Translations under genes and position numbers: made by a program | In this document: piece after piece, positions 1-10,686 of the stretch | How positions within the stretch are numbered: position 1 is the stretch's first letter | Layout: each line of letters begins with the position of its first letter | Notes under the pieces: model-generated | Told to the model about the DNA's origin: nothing | What the model saw: only the letters and a program-made list of their open reading frames with translations | Databases searched by the model: none | From: Vulcanimicrobiota bacterium | GTDB taxonomy: Bacteria > Vulcanimicrobiota > Vulcanimicrobiia > Vulcanimicrobiales > Vulcanimicrobiaceae | Length of the DNA stretch: 64,000 nt | Direction of reading: 5' to 3' | NCBI GenBank assembly: GCA_963777315.1 | Contig: CAVZQC010000001.1 | Span: 64,001 to 128,000, forward strand

Positions 1-1192
1 CTTCGTCGATCAGGTCCACGGCCTTGTCCGGCAGAAAGCGATCGGTAATGTAGCGGTCGCCGAGTTTTGCGGCGGCCGCCAGGGCGTCGTCGGTGATTTG
101 CACTTTGTGGTGCGCTTCATAGCGGTCGCGCAGGCCCTTGAGGATCTCGATCGTTTCTTCGACGGTCGGCTCGCCCACCAATACGGGCTGAAACCGGCGT
201 TCCAGCGCGGAATCCTTTTCGATGTGCTTGCGAAACTCGTTGAGCGTCGTCGCGCCGATGCACTGCAGCTCGCCCCGCGCGAGCGCCGGCTTGATGATGT
301 TGCTGGCGTCGATGGCGCCTTCGGCGGCGCCCGCGCCGACCAACGTGTGCAGCTCGTCGATGAACAGGATGATCTCACCGGCGGCCCCGCGGATTTCGTC
401 CATGACGCGCTTCATGCGCTCCTCGAACTCACCGCGATATTTCGTGCCGGCAACCAATCCGGCCAAATCCAGCGTGATGACGCGCCGGTCGCGCAGCGGC
501 TCCGGTATGTCGCCCTTGATTACGCGCTGCGCGAGCCCTTCGGCAATCGCCGTTTTTCCGACGCCCGGTTCACCGATGAGAGCCGGATTGTTTTTGGTGC
601 GCCGCGAGAGGATTTGAATGACGCGTTCGATTTCACCGCTGCGGCCGATAACGGGATCGAGTTTGTTTTCACGCGCGAGTTGCGTGAGATCGCGGCCGTA
701 CGCGTCGAGCGTGGGCGTCTTGCTCTTGCCCTTGGGTGCGGGCGGCTGGCCTTCGGCGCCCAGCAGCGAAGTGGTCTGCACGCGCACCTTGGCGGGATCG
801 ACGCCCAAGTTCGTGAGGACGCGCGCGGCAACGCCTTCGCCTTCACGAATGAGACCGAGCAGCAAATGTTCGGTACCGATGTAATTGTGATTGAGCTGAC
901 GCGCCTCTTCGAAGGCCAGTTCGATGACGCGCTTGGCGCGTGGAGTGAAGACCATTTCTTGCTGAACGGTCTGGCCGCCGCGCCCGACGATTGCCTCGAC
1001 TTCTTGGCGCACCTTTGCCAAATTGACGCCCAGCGTCTCGAGCACTTTGGCCGCCAGGCTTTCGCCTTCGGAAATGATGCCGAGCAGAATGTGCTCGGTC
1101 CCGATGTAGTTGTTACCGAGCCGCTGCGCCTCTTCTTGGGCGAGAACGATGCTTCGCCGTGCTCTTTCGGTGAACGGTTCCCACATTGACAT
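1..1192 (-). CDS. clpC: ATP-dependent Clp protease ATP-binding subunit ClpC (N-terminal part; runs off the left edge)
   Basis: Not in the ORF track because it has no stop in the window; translated by hand as [22 protein letters not shown]... It has two Clp-N repeats (YIGTEH.LLG), Walker A GEPGVGKT, Walker [18 protein letters not shown] and [13 protein letters not shown]. An AAGGAG RBS lies upstream. Confidence 0.95.
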   Translation of the reverse strand, partial: MSMWEPFTERARRSIVLAQEEAQRLGNNYIGTEHILLGIISEGESLAAKVLETLGVNLAKVRQEVEAIVGRGGQTVQQEMVFTPRAKRVIELAFEEARQLNHNYIGTEHLLLGLIREGEGVAARVLTNLGVDPAKVRVQTTSLLGAEGQPPAPKGKSKTPTLDAYGRDLTQLARENKLDPVIGRSGEIERVIQILSRRTKNNPALIGEPGVGKTAIAEGLAQRVIKGDIPEPLRDRRVITLDLAGLVAGTKYRGEFEERMKRVMDEIRGAAGEIILFIDELHTLVGAGAAEGAIDASNIIKPALARGELQCIGATTLNEFRKHIEKDSALERRFQPVLVGEPTVEETIEILKGLRDRYEAHHKVQITDDALAAAAKLGDRYITDRFLPDKAVDLIDE

Positions 1193-1334
1193 GGTGCGGC
1201 TTTATAACTCCTTCGTTCCGTGCGCTGCTCGTCGCGTCATACTACACTACCGGTCTATACCCGATTCCGTTGCACGCTTGCCTACGAAAACCCGGTTCTT
1301 AGGTAATCGGTTACGAGCGCGCATTACTGACAGG

Positions 1335-1790
1335 CTAAAAGCTGAATCGCACGCCGATGAAGCCGGCGGTCGCTCCTGCCGCCTGGGTTTGCTTGTAAAG
1401 ACGCAGCTCTATCGAAGTGAACGGCGCCAGCGATTTTCCGGCGAACACCGTGAATACGGTTCCGGACGAGCGGTTGCTCGAAAGCGTGCCGATGCCCGCA
1501 CCGGCCCCCACGAAGGCGCCGCCGTATCCGCCGCCCGTAAAGCCGCGGATTTCGGCCGTTGCCGCGTAGCCGCCCGCGCCCGTCAGCGGTACGAGGAGCG
1601 AACCCTGCACTTCCAGGGGTACGGCCGGTATCGACGCCCCGGAGCTGACGATGGCGGCGGCGCCCCCCGTAGCCGGCGCGCTTTGGGTAAAGCCGCCGCC
1701 CGCAACCGAAACCGCAGCTCGAGTACTCAGCGGGCAGACTGCGACACCCAGGGCCGCTGTCGCGATTAGAGCCGAAACGGCACGCCTCAT
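1335..1790 (-). CDS. Secreted hypothetical protein, probable small outer-membrane beta-barrel
   Basis: Signal peptide MRRAVSALIATAALGVA..., Gly-rich amphipathic strands and C-terminal GVRFSF (terminal Phe). Start moved to ATG 1790. Confidence 0.6.
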   Translation of the reverse strand: MRRAVSALIATAALGVAVCPLSTRAAVSVAGGGFTQSAPATGGAAAIVSSGASIPAVPLEVQGSLLVPLTGAGGYAATAEIRGFTGGGYGGAFVGAGAGIGTLSSNRSSGTVFTVFAGKSLAPFTSIELRLYKQTQAAGATAGFIGVRFSF

Positions 1791-1901
1791 GAGCAGGCTG
1801 TTCGCATACCGCGCCCGAGCGCCTTGCGCGCACCCGCGCCCCGGAATCCAAATCGCGCATCGCACGCGGGTGCGCAACGGCCGGGCGTGAATACCTGCAG
1901 C

Positions 1902-2213
1902 ATGCCGACCGTAGAACAAGTGCGCGAATCGCTTGCCGCCGTAAACGACCCCGAGCTCAACATTCCGATTTTAGATCTCGGCTTAGTGTACGACATCAGC
2001 GTGGAGGGCGAGAACGGCGAACACGTGACCGTAACGATGACGCTTACCTCGCCGATGTGTCCGGTGGGACCGCTCTTCAAACAATCCGTGGAAGACAATG
2101 TCAAGGCGATCGAAGGCGTAAAAACCGTCAAAGTGGATCTCACCTTTACGCCGGCATGGGACCCGCGCGAGATGGCCACCGAAGACGTCAAGGTACTGCT
2201 CGGCATTTGGTGA
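1902..2213 (+). CDS. Metal-sulfur cluster assembly factor (DUF59 / SufT / PaaD-like)
   Basis: DPELNIPILDLGLVY, MTLTSPMCP and F.PAW motifs. Confidence 0.9.
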   Translation: MPTVEQVRESLAAVNDPELNIPILDLGLVYDISVEGENGEHVTVTMTLTSPMCPVGPLFKQSVEDNVKAIEGVKTVKVDLTFTPAWDPREMATEDVKVLLGIW

Positions 2214-3709
2214 CGCGCCGGCTTGCGGCGCTTGCGATCGTTGCAATCCTGAGCGCCTGCAGCGCAAACGGCTCCGGAACGCCGCCGCTGCGATCCACGC
2301 CGACGCCTGCTCCGCCCCAAGTGCCACCATGGGCCGGCAACGTGCAGCGGATCAGCTCCGACCCGTTCACCAACGGGTCCAGCCAGCACGCAACCGAAGT
2401 CGAACCCAGTGCTGCGGCATTCGGCGCTACGGTAGTCACGGCGTTTCAAACGGGACGTTTTTTCGCAGCAGGAGCGTCCGACATCGGTGTGGCGACGTCG
2501 CTCGACGGCGGTGCGACATGGATACGCGGCGTTCTGGGAGGAACGACCACCTACGCATTGCCTTCGGGCCCGTACGACGGCATCACCGATCCCGCCGTTG
2601 CGTATGATGCGCGGCATGCAACGTGGCTGATTTCCGCGCTGCCGGTGCTGTCGAGCAACGCTCCGGTGCCCGCAGCGGTCGTCGCGCGATCCTCCGACGG
2701 CGTGACGTGGAGCAGCCCGGCGGCAATCACACCCGCCGACGAAACGATGAACGACAAAGACTGGATCGCGTGCGACGACCACGGCGCAAGCGATTTTTTC
2801 GGCAACTGCTACGTCGAGTGGGACAATTACGCCGGCCAAGGCGAGATTCTGATGAGCACCTCGACGGACGGAGGCCGTACTTGGAGCCGTCCCGCAACGC
2901 CGTCCAGGACGGTCGGCGGCATCGGCGGACAACCGCTCGTGCAGCCCGGCGGCACGGTGATCGTGCCCATCGACGATATCAATGCGCAGAAAGTACTGGC
3001 GTTCCGATCGGCCGACGGCGGTCAAACCTGGAGCGAGCCGATCGCCGTATCGGCAATCGCCGACCATGCTCAAGCCGCGAATCTTCGCAGCCTGCCGTTG
3101 GTTACGGCTGCCGCCGATGCAGCGGGCACGGTGTACGTCGTGTGGCAGGACTGCCGCTTTCGCGCCGGATGCGCCGCCGACGATCTCGTACTGTCGACGT
3201 CGGCGGACGGCCGGTCGTGGAGTGCGCCGGCACGCATTCCGATCGACGCCGTTACGTCCCAGGTCGATCATTTCATTCCCGGGCTCGGTATCGATCCCGC
3301 AACCGCGGGTTCCGGCGCGCACCTGGGCGTAACGTATTATTCGTACGCAAACACCGCCTGCGCTCCGTCGACGTGCCTGCTTTCGGCCGACTTCATCGCT
3401 TCAACCGACGGCGGCATTTCATGGGGCGCACCGCAGCTGCTGGCCGGTCCCATGAACGTTCAGTGGCTCGCGCAAACGCTGGACGGCGCAATGGTCGGCG
3501 ACTATATGGCGACGGCCTTTGACGGTTCTCGTCCGGTGAGCTTCGCGGCAATTGCGAATCCGTTCTCCGGCGGCAGATTTGACGAAGGACTCTACGCATC
3601 CAAGCCCGGCGTCATTACGGAGCAGTCCGCGTTGCGCCGCACGTCGATCGGCGAACGCCCCGTACCGGGCTTTCACTCCGATCATCCGCCGCGCCGAATT
3701 CACCCGTAG
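2210..3709 (+). CDS. Lipoprotein with BNR/Asp-box repeats (sialidase-like beta-propeller)
   Basis: GTG start overlaps the upstream stop. Lipobox LSAC. Six Asp boxes (SLDGGATW, SSDGVTW, STDGGRTW, SADGGQTW, SADGRSW, STDGGISW). Confidence 0.8.
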   Translation: MTRRLAALAIVAILSACSANGSGTPPLRSTPTPAPPQVPPWAGNVQRISSDPFTNGSSQHATEVEPSAAAFGATVVTAFQTGRFFAAGASDIGVATSLDGGATWIRGVLGGTTTYALPSGPYDGITDPAVAYDARHATWLISALPVLSSNAPVPAAVVARSSDGVTWSSPAAITPADETMNDKDWIACDDHGASDFFGNCYVEWDNYAGQGEILMSTSTDGGRTWSRPATPSRTVGGIGGQPLVQPGGTVIVPIDDINAQKVLAFRSADGGQTWSEPIAVSAIADHAQAANLRSLPLVTAAADAAGTVYVVWQDCRFRAGCAADDLVLSTSADGRSWSAPARIPIDAVTSQVDHFIPGLGIDPATAGSGAHLGVTYYSYANTACAPSTCLLSADFIASTDGGISWGAPQLLAGPMNVQWLAQTLDGAMVGDYMATAFDGSRPVSFAAIANPFSGGRFDEGLYASKPGVITEQSALRRTSIGERPVPGFHSDHPPRRIHP

Positions 3710-3714
3710 ACCTC

Positions 3715-5142
3715 TTACTGCCGAATGAAGCGCAGATTCAAACCCGCCTGCCGGCCCATGTTGCCCACGCCGCCGAACGGAACCAGCGCGCCGACTTCGA
3801 TCCCGCTGCCGTTTTTGCGTCTAACGCGTACGTCGAAGGCGGCGCTGTATTGCGGACGGCCGAAGCCCGCAGCCTGCCCGTAATCGTGGGCGTATGCGAT
3901 CGAGGTAACCAGGTTGAACGCTTGGCTCGCGCGCCACGTCGCACCCCAGGTATACGTGCGATACGTCGACGGAAACGGCGGTGCGTCGTGCGAGAAGCCG
4001 GCGCCTGCGGTAAAGAGCAGTTTTGCCGTCACGGGGAAATTGCCCCACAGCGAAGCGTCGCTGGAAAGCGTCGCTCGCCCGTAGCTGTACAGCGACTCGC
4101 CCAAATCGCATGAACCGGTAATCGACGAAGCACCGATCCGCAGTGCGGCCGTGTCGACGTGCATTCCGGGCGTAAGCCGAAAGTCTTGGACGACGTTCCA
4201 ATCGCCGGGATGGATATCGTGTCCCAGATCGATCTGCAGCCGCAGCGATGCGGCGCGGCCCATCGCGCGCTGATTGCCCGAGAACAGCAAGTCGTCGCTG
4301 CGCGAGGCGTTGTACTGCGAGAACGAAAGCGACGAGTATCCGCGCCGGCCGCTGGAGGTCAAAGCGTAACGCGCCGCGTGCGCGCCGGGCAAATACGAGC
4401 CGGTCAGAGATTGCGAAAGATTTGCATTGAGCCGCTCGTACGCGGCCAAATCGTAGCGGCTTGCGTCCGCATCGAGCGTTTGCCCCAGCACAACGTATCC
4501 GCGATCGGTTCGAGCGTAGTGCTCTTCCAGCCCGGCTCCGGGACCTGCGTTGTAGCGATCGTAGCGCAGGCGGGCGAACTCGTACGCGTTGCGCGAGCTG
4601 CCGATCAGCACGGGCCATTCCAGCGCCGCCGACGGAACCGGCGAATAGCCGAAGTCTTTGGCGTTGGGCGCGGGGATGTAATACGTGTACGATGCGACCG
4701 GTGTGAGCGTGGAACCCGCCAGTACCTGCGCGTTGGTGAACGTAATGGTGGACGTCGGACGCAGTTCGACCTGCTGTCCCAGCGCCGTTGCATCGGACGT
4801 CGAGAGTTCCGGAACGATCGCGCCTGCGACGACGGCGCCGCGCTTGGCCGTGAAGTCGTAAACGTATCCGGTCGCGTTCAGCTGCCCGGAACCGGCGGAA
4901 ACCGTAACGTCCCCGGCTGCGAGCAAACGATTCGTGCGCAGTTCGTATTGCACGCGCGTCGCGGCGATCTGCATCGATTCCCACCGCACCGAAACGCCGC
5001 CGCTTGCGACGAGCAGGCTGCGATCGGAATGCAGCGCAATCTGCTGGGCGGTAATGACGACCGACGCAGGGAGCTGCGCAGCGCAAGCCGGTGCCGCCGG
5101 GATGACGGCGATCGCCAGAAACGCAGCAGCCGTCCGGATCAT
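3715..5142 (-). CDS. LptD/OstA-like outer-membrane protein (beta-jellyroll followed by a beta-barrel-like region)
   Basis: Signal peptide. N-terminal OstA-like pattern ([35 protein letters not shown]). Aromatic-rich beta-strands run to the C-terminus. Confidence 0.55.
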   Translation of the reverse strand: MIRTAAAFLAIAVIPAAPACAAQLPASVVITAQQIALHSDRSLLVASGGVSVRWESMQIAATRVQYELRTNRLLAAGDVTVSAGSGQLNATGYVYDFTAKRGAVVAGAIVPELSTSDATALGQQVELRPTSTITFTNAQVLAGSTLTPVASYTYYIPAPNAKDFGYSPVPSAALEWPVLIGSSRNAYEFARLRYDRYNAGPGAGLEEHYARTDRGYVVLGQTLDADASRYDLAAYERLNANLSQSLTGSYLPGAHAARYALTSSGRRGYSSLSFSQYNASRSDDLLFSGNQRAMGRAASLRLQIDLGHDIHPGDWNVVQDFRLTPGMHVDTAALRIGASSITGSCDLGESLYSYGRATLSSDASLWGNFPVTAKLLFTAGAGFSHDAPPFPSTYRTYTWGATWRASQAFNLVTSIAYAHDYGQAAGFGRPQYSAAFDVRVRRKNGSGIEVGALVPFGGVGNMGRQAGLNLRFIRQ

Positions 5143-5198
5143 GCCGGCGCATTCGCCTCGCGCGGAACAATCTCCGTCGGTGCAGAAGCGGACCTGCG

Positions 5199-6752
5199 AT
5201 GAAAACGCACCAAGAACGGTACGCCGAGCTGCTGCGCCGACGGGAATCCGCGCAAGCCCCCGCAGGGGCGGCTTCGATTGACAAGCAGCATCAGCGCGGT
5301 AAGCGCACCGCGCGCGAGCGGCTCGACGCCTTGGTCGATCCCGGCTCGTTCATCGAGCTGGACCAATTTGCCGTGCATCGCGGCGGCGCGTTCGGCTTGG
5401 CCGACAAAGAGTTTCTGGGCGACGGCGTCGTGACGGGTCGCGCGAGTATCGACGGCCGCCAAGTGTTCCTCTTTTCACAGGACTTTACCGTTTTGGGCGG
5501 CTCGCTCGGTGAAGTGTTCGCCGAAAAGATCTGCAAGGTGATGGACCTTGCCGTTCGAACCGGCTCGCCGATGATCGGCATCAACGACTCGGGCGGCGCG
5601 CGCATTCAGGAGGGCGTGGTCAGTCTGGGCGGCTATGCCGAAATTTTTTGGCGCAACGTTCAGGCCAGCGGCGTCATCCCGCAAATCAGCTTGATTGCCG
5701 GACCATGCGCGGGGGGCGCGGTGTATTCACCGGCGATCACCGATTTCATCGTCATGACGGAAAACATCGCGCAGATGTTCATTACCGGCCCGGAGATCAT
5801 CAAGACCGTCACCGGCGAGGACGTCACGTTCGAACAGCTCGGAGGCGCCGCGACGCATGCGACCAAGAGCGGCGTGGCGCACCTGACCGCCGCCGACGAA
5901 GACGAAATGGCCGACATGGCCAAGGTTCTGCTCTCGTTCATTCCTCAAAACAACCTGGACGATCCCCCACGTTATGCGTGCGACGACGACCCGCAGCGGT
6001 TGATTCCCGAGCTCGACGAGATCGTGCCGGATTCGCCGAACAAACCGTACGACATGCACGAAGTCATCGTGCCCGTGGTCGACAACGGCGATTTTTTCGA
6101 AATCCAGCCGCTGTACGCCCAAAACATCATTACGGGCTTTGGGCGGGTGAACGGACGCAGCGTGGGAATCGTCGCTAATCAGCCGACGGTGCTCGCGGGG
6201 GTTCTCGACATAAAAAGCTCGATCAAAGCTGCGCGCTTCGTACGGTTTTGCGATGCGTTCAACATTCCGCTGATCACTTTCGTCGACGTTCCCGGCTTTT
6301 TGCCCGGCACCGATCAGGAATATGGCGGCATCATAACGCATGGAGCCAAACTGCTGTACGCGTTCGCCGAAGCCACGGTGCCGAAAATCACGGTCATCAC
6401 GCGAAAAGCATACGGCGGTGCGTACGACGTCATGGCCAGCAAACACATCCGCGCCGACGTAAACGTCGCCTGGCCCACGGCCGAAATCGCCGTCATGGGA
6501 GCAGAAGGCGCCGTCAAAACGATATTCCGGCGGGAAATCGCTTCGGCGCAAGACAAGAGCGCCAAAACCCAGGAGCTCATCGACATGTATACCGACCGCT
6601 TCGCCAACCCGTTCATTGCGGCTCAGCGCGGCTATATCGACGACATCGTCGAAGCGCGCATGACGCGACGCGTCGTCGCTAAGTCGCTCGACATGCTCGA
6701 CACCAAACGCGTCGAGCGCCCCAAGCGCAAACACGGAAATATTCCGCTATGA
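5199..6752 (+). CDS. pccB: Acyl-CoA (propionyl-CoA) carboxylase, carboxyltransferase beta subunit
   Basis: [41 protein letters not shown] and C-terminal KHGNIPL. Confidence 0.93.
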   Translation: MKTHQERYAELLRRRESAQAPAGAASIDKQHQRGKRTARERLDALVDPGSFIELDQFAVHRGGAFGLADKEFLGDGVVTGRASIDGRQVFLFSQDFTVLGGSLGEVFAEKICKVMDLAVRTGSPMIGINDSGGARIQEGVVSLGGYAEIFWRNVQASGVIPQISLIAGPCAGGAVYSPAITDFIVMTENIAQMFITGPEIIKTVTGEDVTFEQLGGAATHATKSGVAHLTAADEDEMADMAKVLLSFIPQNNLDDPPRYACDDDPQRLIPELDEIVPDSPNKPYDMHEVIVPVVDNGDFFEIQPLYAQNIITGFGRVNGRSVGIVANQPTVLAGVLDIKSSIKAARFVRFCDAFNIPLITFVDVPGFLPGTDQEYGGIITHGAKLLYAFAEATVPKITVITRKAYGGAYDVMASKHIRADVNVAWPTAEIAVMGAEGAVKTIFRREIASAQDKSAKTQELIDMYTDRFANPFIAAQRGYIDDIVEARMTRRVVAKSLDMLDTKRVERPKRKHGNIPL

Positions 6753-7438
6753 CTTCGCGTAAAGGATTCATCGCCGCCGGCTCGCTATTTGCGCTGACCG
6801 GCGCGCTTGCCGATGCCGCTTCGCCCATTGCGCATACAGCATCCGCGGCCGCGCACCCGGCGCTGCGGTTTTCGTTCGACCGCGCGCGGTTCGACGCGAT
6901 TCTGGCCAAACCGGCTCGGCACAAACAATGCTTCGGCGCCACCAAGATCGCCGCCGGCGACGTGCTCGAAGGTATGAACAATTCGATACGCGCCTACCGG
7001 GAATATATGGACGAAGGCCCGGGCTCTCTGCAGCCGGTCGCAGTCCTATATCACGGAGCGGCCATTGCGATGGGTTTGAGCGATACGGTATGGAACCGGC
7101 TGCTCATTCCCTCGCTGCCCAAGGCTCCGTCGCAGATCCGCGCGCAGTTCGGCGCGGTCAAAGCCGGCGCCGGCAACCCCTATTTACGATCCGCCGGTTC
7201 CGATCCCGACGACGTGAGCGTCGAACGGCTGGTCGGCAAGGGCGCTGCGTTCTTCATCTGCCATAACGCGCTCGTCGGTTTCAGCGACCTGGTCGCGTCG
7301 GCGCTGCGAATCCCGCTAGCCGCGGTTCACGCGCAACTACTCCAGGGGGTGGTTCCCGGGGCGCTGGCCGTACCCGCGGGCGTGATGGCGATCAATGCCT
7401 GTCAAGAAGCAAAATTTACGTACATTCAGTCTTCGTAG
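6749..7438 (+). CDS. Exported DsrE/DsrF-like domain protein with a Tat-like signal
   Basis: N-terminus SRKGFI plus a hydrophobic stretch. [18 protein letters not shown] and VPAGV..I...QE..FTYI match the DsrE-like fold pattern. Confidence 0.65.
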   Translation: MTSRKGFIAAGSLFALTGALADAASPIAHTASAAAHPALRFSFDRARFDAILAKPARHKQCFGATKIAAGDVLEGMNNSIRAYREYMDEGPGSLQPVAVLYHGAAIAMGLSDTVWNRLLIPSLPKAPSQIRAQFGAVKAGAGNPYLRSAGSDPDDVSVERLVGKGAAFFICHNALVGFSDLVASALRIPLAAVHAQLLQGVVPGALAVPAGVMAINACQEAKFTYIQSS

Positions 7439-7685
7439 TATCGTCCCCGACGATGATGTAGCGTTCCACGAACTCGGACGGGTCGCTTACGAGCAGATCG
7501 AACTGCTCGGAGCATATGACTTGAGACTCGCGCCAATCCGCGCTCTCATACCGCGCCCGCAGTTCCGCATCCGCACAGATGCGGCCGAATAAATCGTTGT
7601 TGAGTTTGACCCAGTTGACTTTGAACCCATGCTCGTCGTGGGTGGGTGTGTCGCCGCGCATCGCTGCTTCCTCCTTGACCGACAT
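7416..7685 (-). CDS. Hypothetical protein (89 aa)
   Basis: Protein-like composition; fills the gap between flanking genes; no recognised motif. Confidence 0.5.
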   Translation of the reverse strand: MSVKEEAAMRGDTPTHDEHGFKVNWVKLNNDLFGRICADAELRARYESADWRESQVICSEQFDLLVSDPSEFVERYIIVGDDTTKTECT

Positions 7686-7741
7686 GCTCAGTATCGGCCG
7701 CGAGCAGCGCGGGTTTTATCTCCGGCGGGTACACGGTACGC

Positions 7742-7927
7742 ATGAACAACGTCCGGTGCATAAACTTAGCGTGTGCCTGCCAAGTCGACAAAACAGCCGA
7801 TGCCTGCAGCCCCTACTGCCAAAAGCCTCCGGCCGAGCCTCGTGAGGACGTGTGCGGCTGCGGCCATCCGGCCTGCGAGCGCGAAATGCGCGAAGAGATC
7901 CGCTCGTCCGCAGCCTTCCCGCCCTAA
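7742..7927 (+). CDS. Small Cys-rich metallothionein-like protein
   Basis: 61 aa with C-x4-C-x-C, CSxxC and CGCGHPAC (8 Cys + 1 His). Confidence 0.7.
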   Translation: MNNVRCINLACACQVDKTADACSPYCQKPPAEPREDVCGCGHPACEREMREEIRSSAAFPP

Positions 7928-7981
7928 CGGGCCGCCCGCTCGGCGAGAGGACGAGGGCGCCAATCTTGGTATGTAGGCCGA

Positions 7982-8761
7982 GTGGGGCTCTTAGAAGGAA
8001 AGACGGCGCTGGTCACCGGCGTTGCCAACCAGTGGTCTATTGCTACCGGCATTGCCCGGCAAATGCACGAGCACGGCGCGCAAATCGGCTTTACCTTCCA
8101 AGGAGACCGCGTCAAGGATCAGGTCGAGAAAATCGCCGCCGAGCTTGGCAGCGGTCCCGTCATCGAATGTGACGTTTCTTCGGACTCTTCGCTTGGCGCC
8201 ATGGCCGATCGCCTGGAAGAAGCGCTGGGCAGCATCGACGTTTTGGTGCACTCGATCGCCTTTGCCAATAAAGACGATCTGGCCGGTAAAGTGTACGACA
8301 CGACGCGAGCCGGCTTTGGTCTTTCCTTGGACGTTTCGGCCTACTCGCTGATCGCGCTGGTCAATGCGCTTGCGGACCGCATCAACGACGGCGGCTCGGT
8401 CATGGCCCTGACGTATCTAGGCGCAACGTCAATCGTGCCCAACTATAACCTCATGGGCATTGCCAAGGCGGCACTCGAAGCGTCGGTGCGCTATCTCGCG
8501 TTCGATTTGGGCGAGCGCGGAATTCGCGTGAACGCAATCTCCGCCGGTCCGATAAAGACGGCCAGCGCGCGCCAAGTCGCCGGGCTTTCCAAAATGCTCG
8601 ACGTCGTTGCGGCAACCGCGCCGCTCCGGCGCAACGTTACGACCGACGACGTTGGAAAGACCGCGGTCTATTTGGCGTCGGATCTTTCGCGCGCCGTTAC
8701 CGCGGACGTGCATTTCGTCGACGGCGGCTTTCACGCTATGGGGATGTACCCGCCTTCGTGA
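7982..8761 (+). CDS. fabI: Enoyl-ACP reductase FabI
   Basis: LVTGVANQWSIA, VHSIAFA, catalytic Y-x6-K (YNLMGIAK) and RVNAISAGPIKT. Confidence 0.93.
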   Translation: MGLLEGKTALVTGVANQWSIATGIARQMHEHGAQIGFTFQGDRVKDQVEKIAAELGSGPVIECDVSSDSSLGAMADRLEEALGSIDVLVHSIAFANKDDLAGKVYDTTRAGFGLSLDVSAYSLIALVNALADRINDGGSVMALTYLGATSIVPNYNLMGIAKAALEASVRYLAFDLGERGIRVNAISAGPIKTASARQVAGLSKMLDVVAATAPLRRNVTTDDVGKTAVYLASDLSRAVTADVHFVDGGFHAMGMYPPS

Positions 8762-8909
8762 CCGCAGAGGAACTTGCGGCGATCGCTGCAGCTCTCAATG
8801 CAACCGTTTCGGCATCGCGTTCGGCGCGAGCCGAGCCGGGAAAGGCATCCGCGTGGAAAACAGCGGCGCGGGAAGAGGCGTGCGCGCCGTTTGAAGGCAG
8901 GCAGGCCGA

Positions 8910-10676
8910 TTGTTCGACAAGATCCTGATTGCCAACCGCGGTGAGATCGCGGTGCGCATTCTGCGCACGGCGCGCGAAATGGGAATCCGCACCGTCGCAG
9001 TGTATTCCGAGATCGATCGCGACGCACTGCACGTTCGCATGGCCGACGAAGCCTATCTTCTCGGACCGGCGGCAGCTTCGCAGAGCTACTTGAATATCGC
9101 GCGATTGCTGGAAGCGGCCGCATCCTCGGGCGCGCAGGGCGTCCATCCCGGTTACGGGTTCCTTGCGGAAAACGCGGCGTTTGCACGCGATGTCGTCACC
9201 GCGGGTCTGGCGTGGATCGGTCCGCATCCCGCAGCTATCGAGGCCATGGGCGACAAAGTGCGCGCCCGTCAAGCGATGGTCGCGGCCGGCGTGCCCGTCG
9301 TGCCGGGCGGCACGCAGCCCATCGAGAACGAATCCCAAGCCGCGGCGGCGGCCGAGCGGTACGGGCTGCCCCTTGCGCTCAAAGCCTCGGGCGGCGGAGG
9401 CGGCAAAGGCTTAAAGGTAGCGCATGCGTTGTCGGAGTTGCCGTCGGCGCTGGCTACCGCGCGGCGCGAGGCCGTTGCGTATTTCAACAACGGCACCATA
9501 TACGCCGAACGCTATCTGGACAACCCCAAACACGTCGAGCTGCAGATATTGGCCGACAAGCACGGTACGGTGCTGCACGTCGGCGAGCGCGACTGCTCGC
9601 TGCAGCGCCGGCACCAAAAGCTCTGGGAAGAAGCTCCTGCAACGATTCCGCAAAGCGTGCGGGAAGGCATCCGTGAGGCCGGCATCCGCGCCGCCAAAGC
9701 GATCGGCTACGACAGCGTGGGCACGATAGAATGTTTGGTCAGCGGCGACGAGTTCTACTTTTTGGAAATGAACACGCGCATTCAGGTCGAGCACACGGTG
9801 ACCGAATGGATCGCGGGGATCGACCTGGTTCGCGAGCAGATCCGGGCCGCCGCGGGAGAACCGCTCGGGTACTCGCAGGACGACATCGCGTTTCGCGGCC
9901 ACGCAATCGAAGGCCGCGTCAACGCAGAGGATCCGGCGCAGCAGTTTCGGCCGGCCCCCGGGACGGTGACGACATACCGGGAACCCTCCGGTCCCGGCGT
10001 GCGAATCGATTCGGCCGCCTATCCGGGCTTTACCGTAACGCCCGACTACGATTCGATGATCGCCAAGCTCGTCGTATGGGCGCCGACGCGCGCTCGAGCC
10101 ATAGCCCGCATGCGCAGAGCGATCGACGAATACGAGATCGGAGGCGTGTCCACGACGCTGCCGCTTTTGCGCGCGTTGTGCGACGAGCAGACGGTGCTGG
10201 ACGCCACGTACGGAACGTCTACGCTCGAGCCGTTTGCCGCGGCACGTTTTCCGGCGGACTCACGCGAGCCGGAGGATGCTCGCGCACCGGCCGTCGCAAG
10301 CCGCGATGCTCAGCCCCCGGAAATACGGGTGGAGGTGAACGACAAACTCTACCGGGTGCGTTTGTTTGACCCGCCGTCAGGCAACGCCGCTTTGCCGCAC
10401 CATCGACCCGCGGCCCGCCGCATGGTGCAAAAGGACCGTTCGGTCACTGCGAGCGGCAACGACGTCGTTTCACCGATGCACGGCGTCGTCGTCGAGGTCT
10501 CGGTCAAGCAGGGAGACGCGATCGAACAAGGGCAGATCGTGGCTGTGATCGAGGCGATGAAAATGATGAATGAAGTTCGCGCTCATAAATCGGGAATCGC
10601 GGGCGCGATTCACGTCAAAGCCGGCGATACGGTCGAGGCGCATTCCTCGATCGCGACGATCCGAGCGCAGGTTTAA
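8910..10676 (+). CDS. Biotin carboxylase fused to biotin carboxyl carrier (acetyl/propionyl-CoA carboxylase alpha subunit)
   Basis: [45 protein letters not shown] and biotinylation motif EAMKM. TTG start. Confidence 0.95.
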   Translation: MFDKILIANRGEIAVRILRTAREMGIRTVAVYSEIDRDALHVRMADEAYLLGPAAASQSYLNIARLLEAAASSGAQGVHPGYGFLAENAAFARDVVTAGLAWIGPHPAAIEAMGDKVRARQAMVAAGVPVVPGGTQPIENESQAAAAAERYGLPLALKASGGGGGKGLKVAHALSELPSALATARREAVAYFNNGTIYAERYLDNPKHVELQILADKHGTVLHVGERDCSLQRRHQKLWEEAPATIPQSVREGIREAGIRAAKAIGYDSVGTIECLVSGDEFYFLEMNTRIQVEHTVTEWIAGIDLVREQIRAAAGEPLGYSQDDIAFRGHAIEGRVNAEDPAQQFRPAPGTVTTYREPSGPGVRIDSAAYPGFTVTPDYDSMIAKLVVWAPTRARAIARMRRAIDEYEIGGVSTTLPLLRALCDEQTVLDATYGTSTLEPFAAARFPADSREPEDARAPAVASRDAQPPEIRVEVNDKLYRVRLFDPPSGNAALPHHRPAARRMVQKDRSVTASGNDVVSPMHGVVVEVSVKQGDAIEQGQIVAVIEAMKMMNEVRAHKSGIAGAIHVKAGDTVEAHSSIATIRAQV

Positions 10677-10686
10677 CGACCCTGCC

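Noticed and set aside
98..1189. 363-aa plus-strand ORF
   Set aside because: Antisense shadow of clpC, whose motifs are clear on the minus strand.
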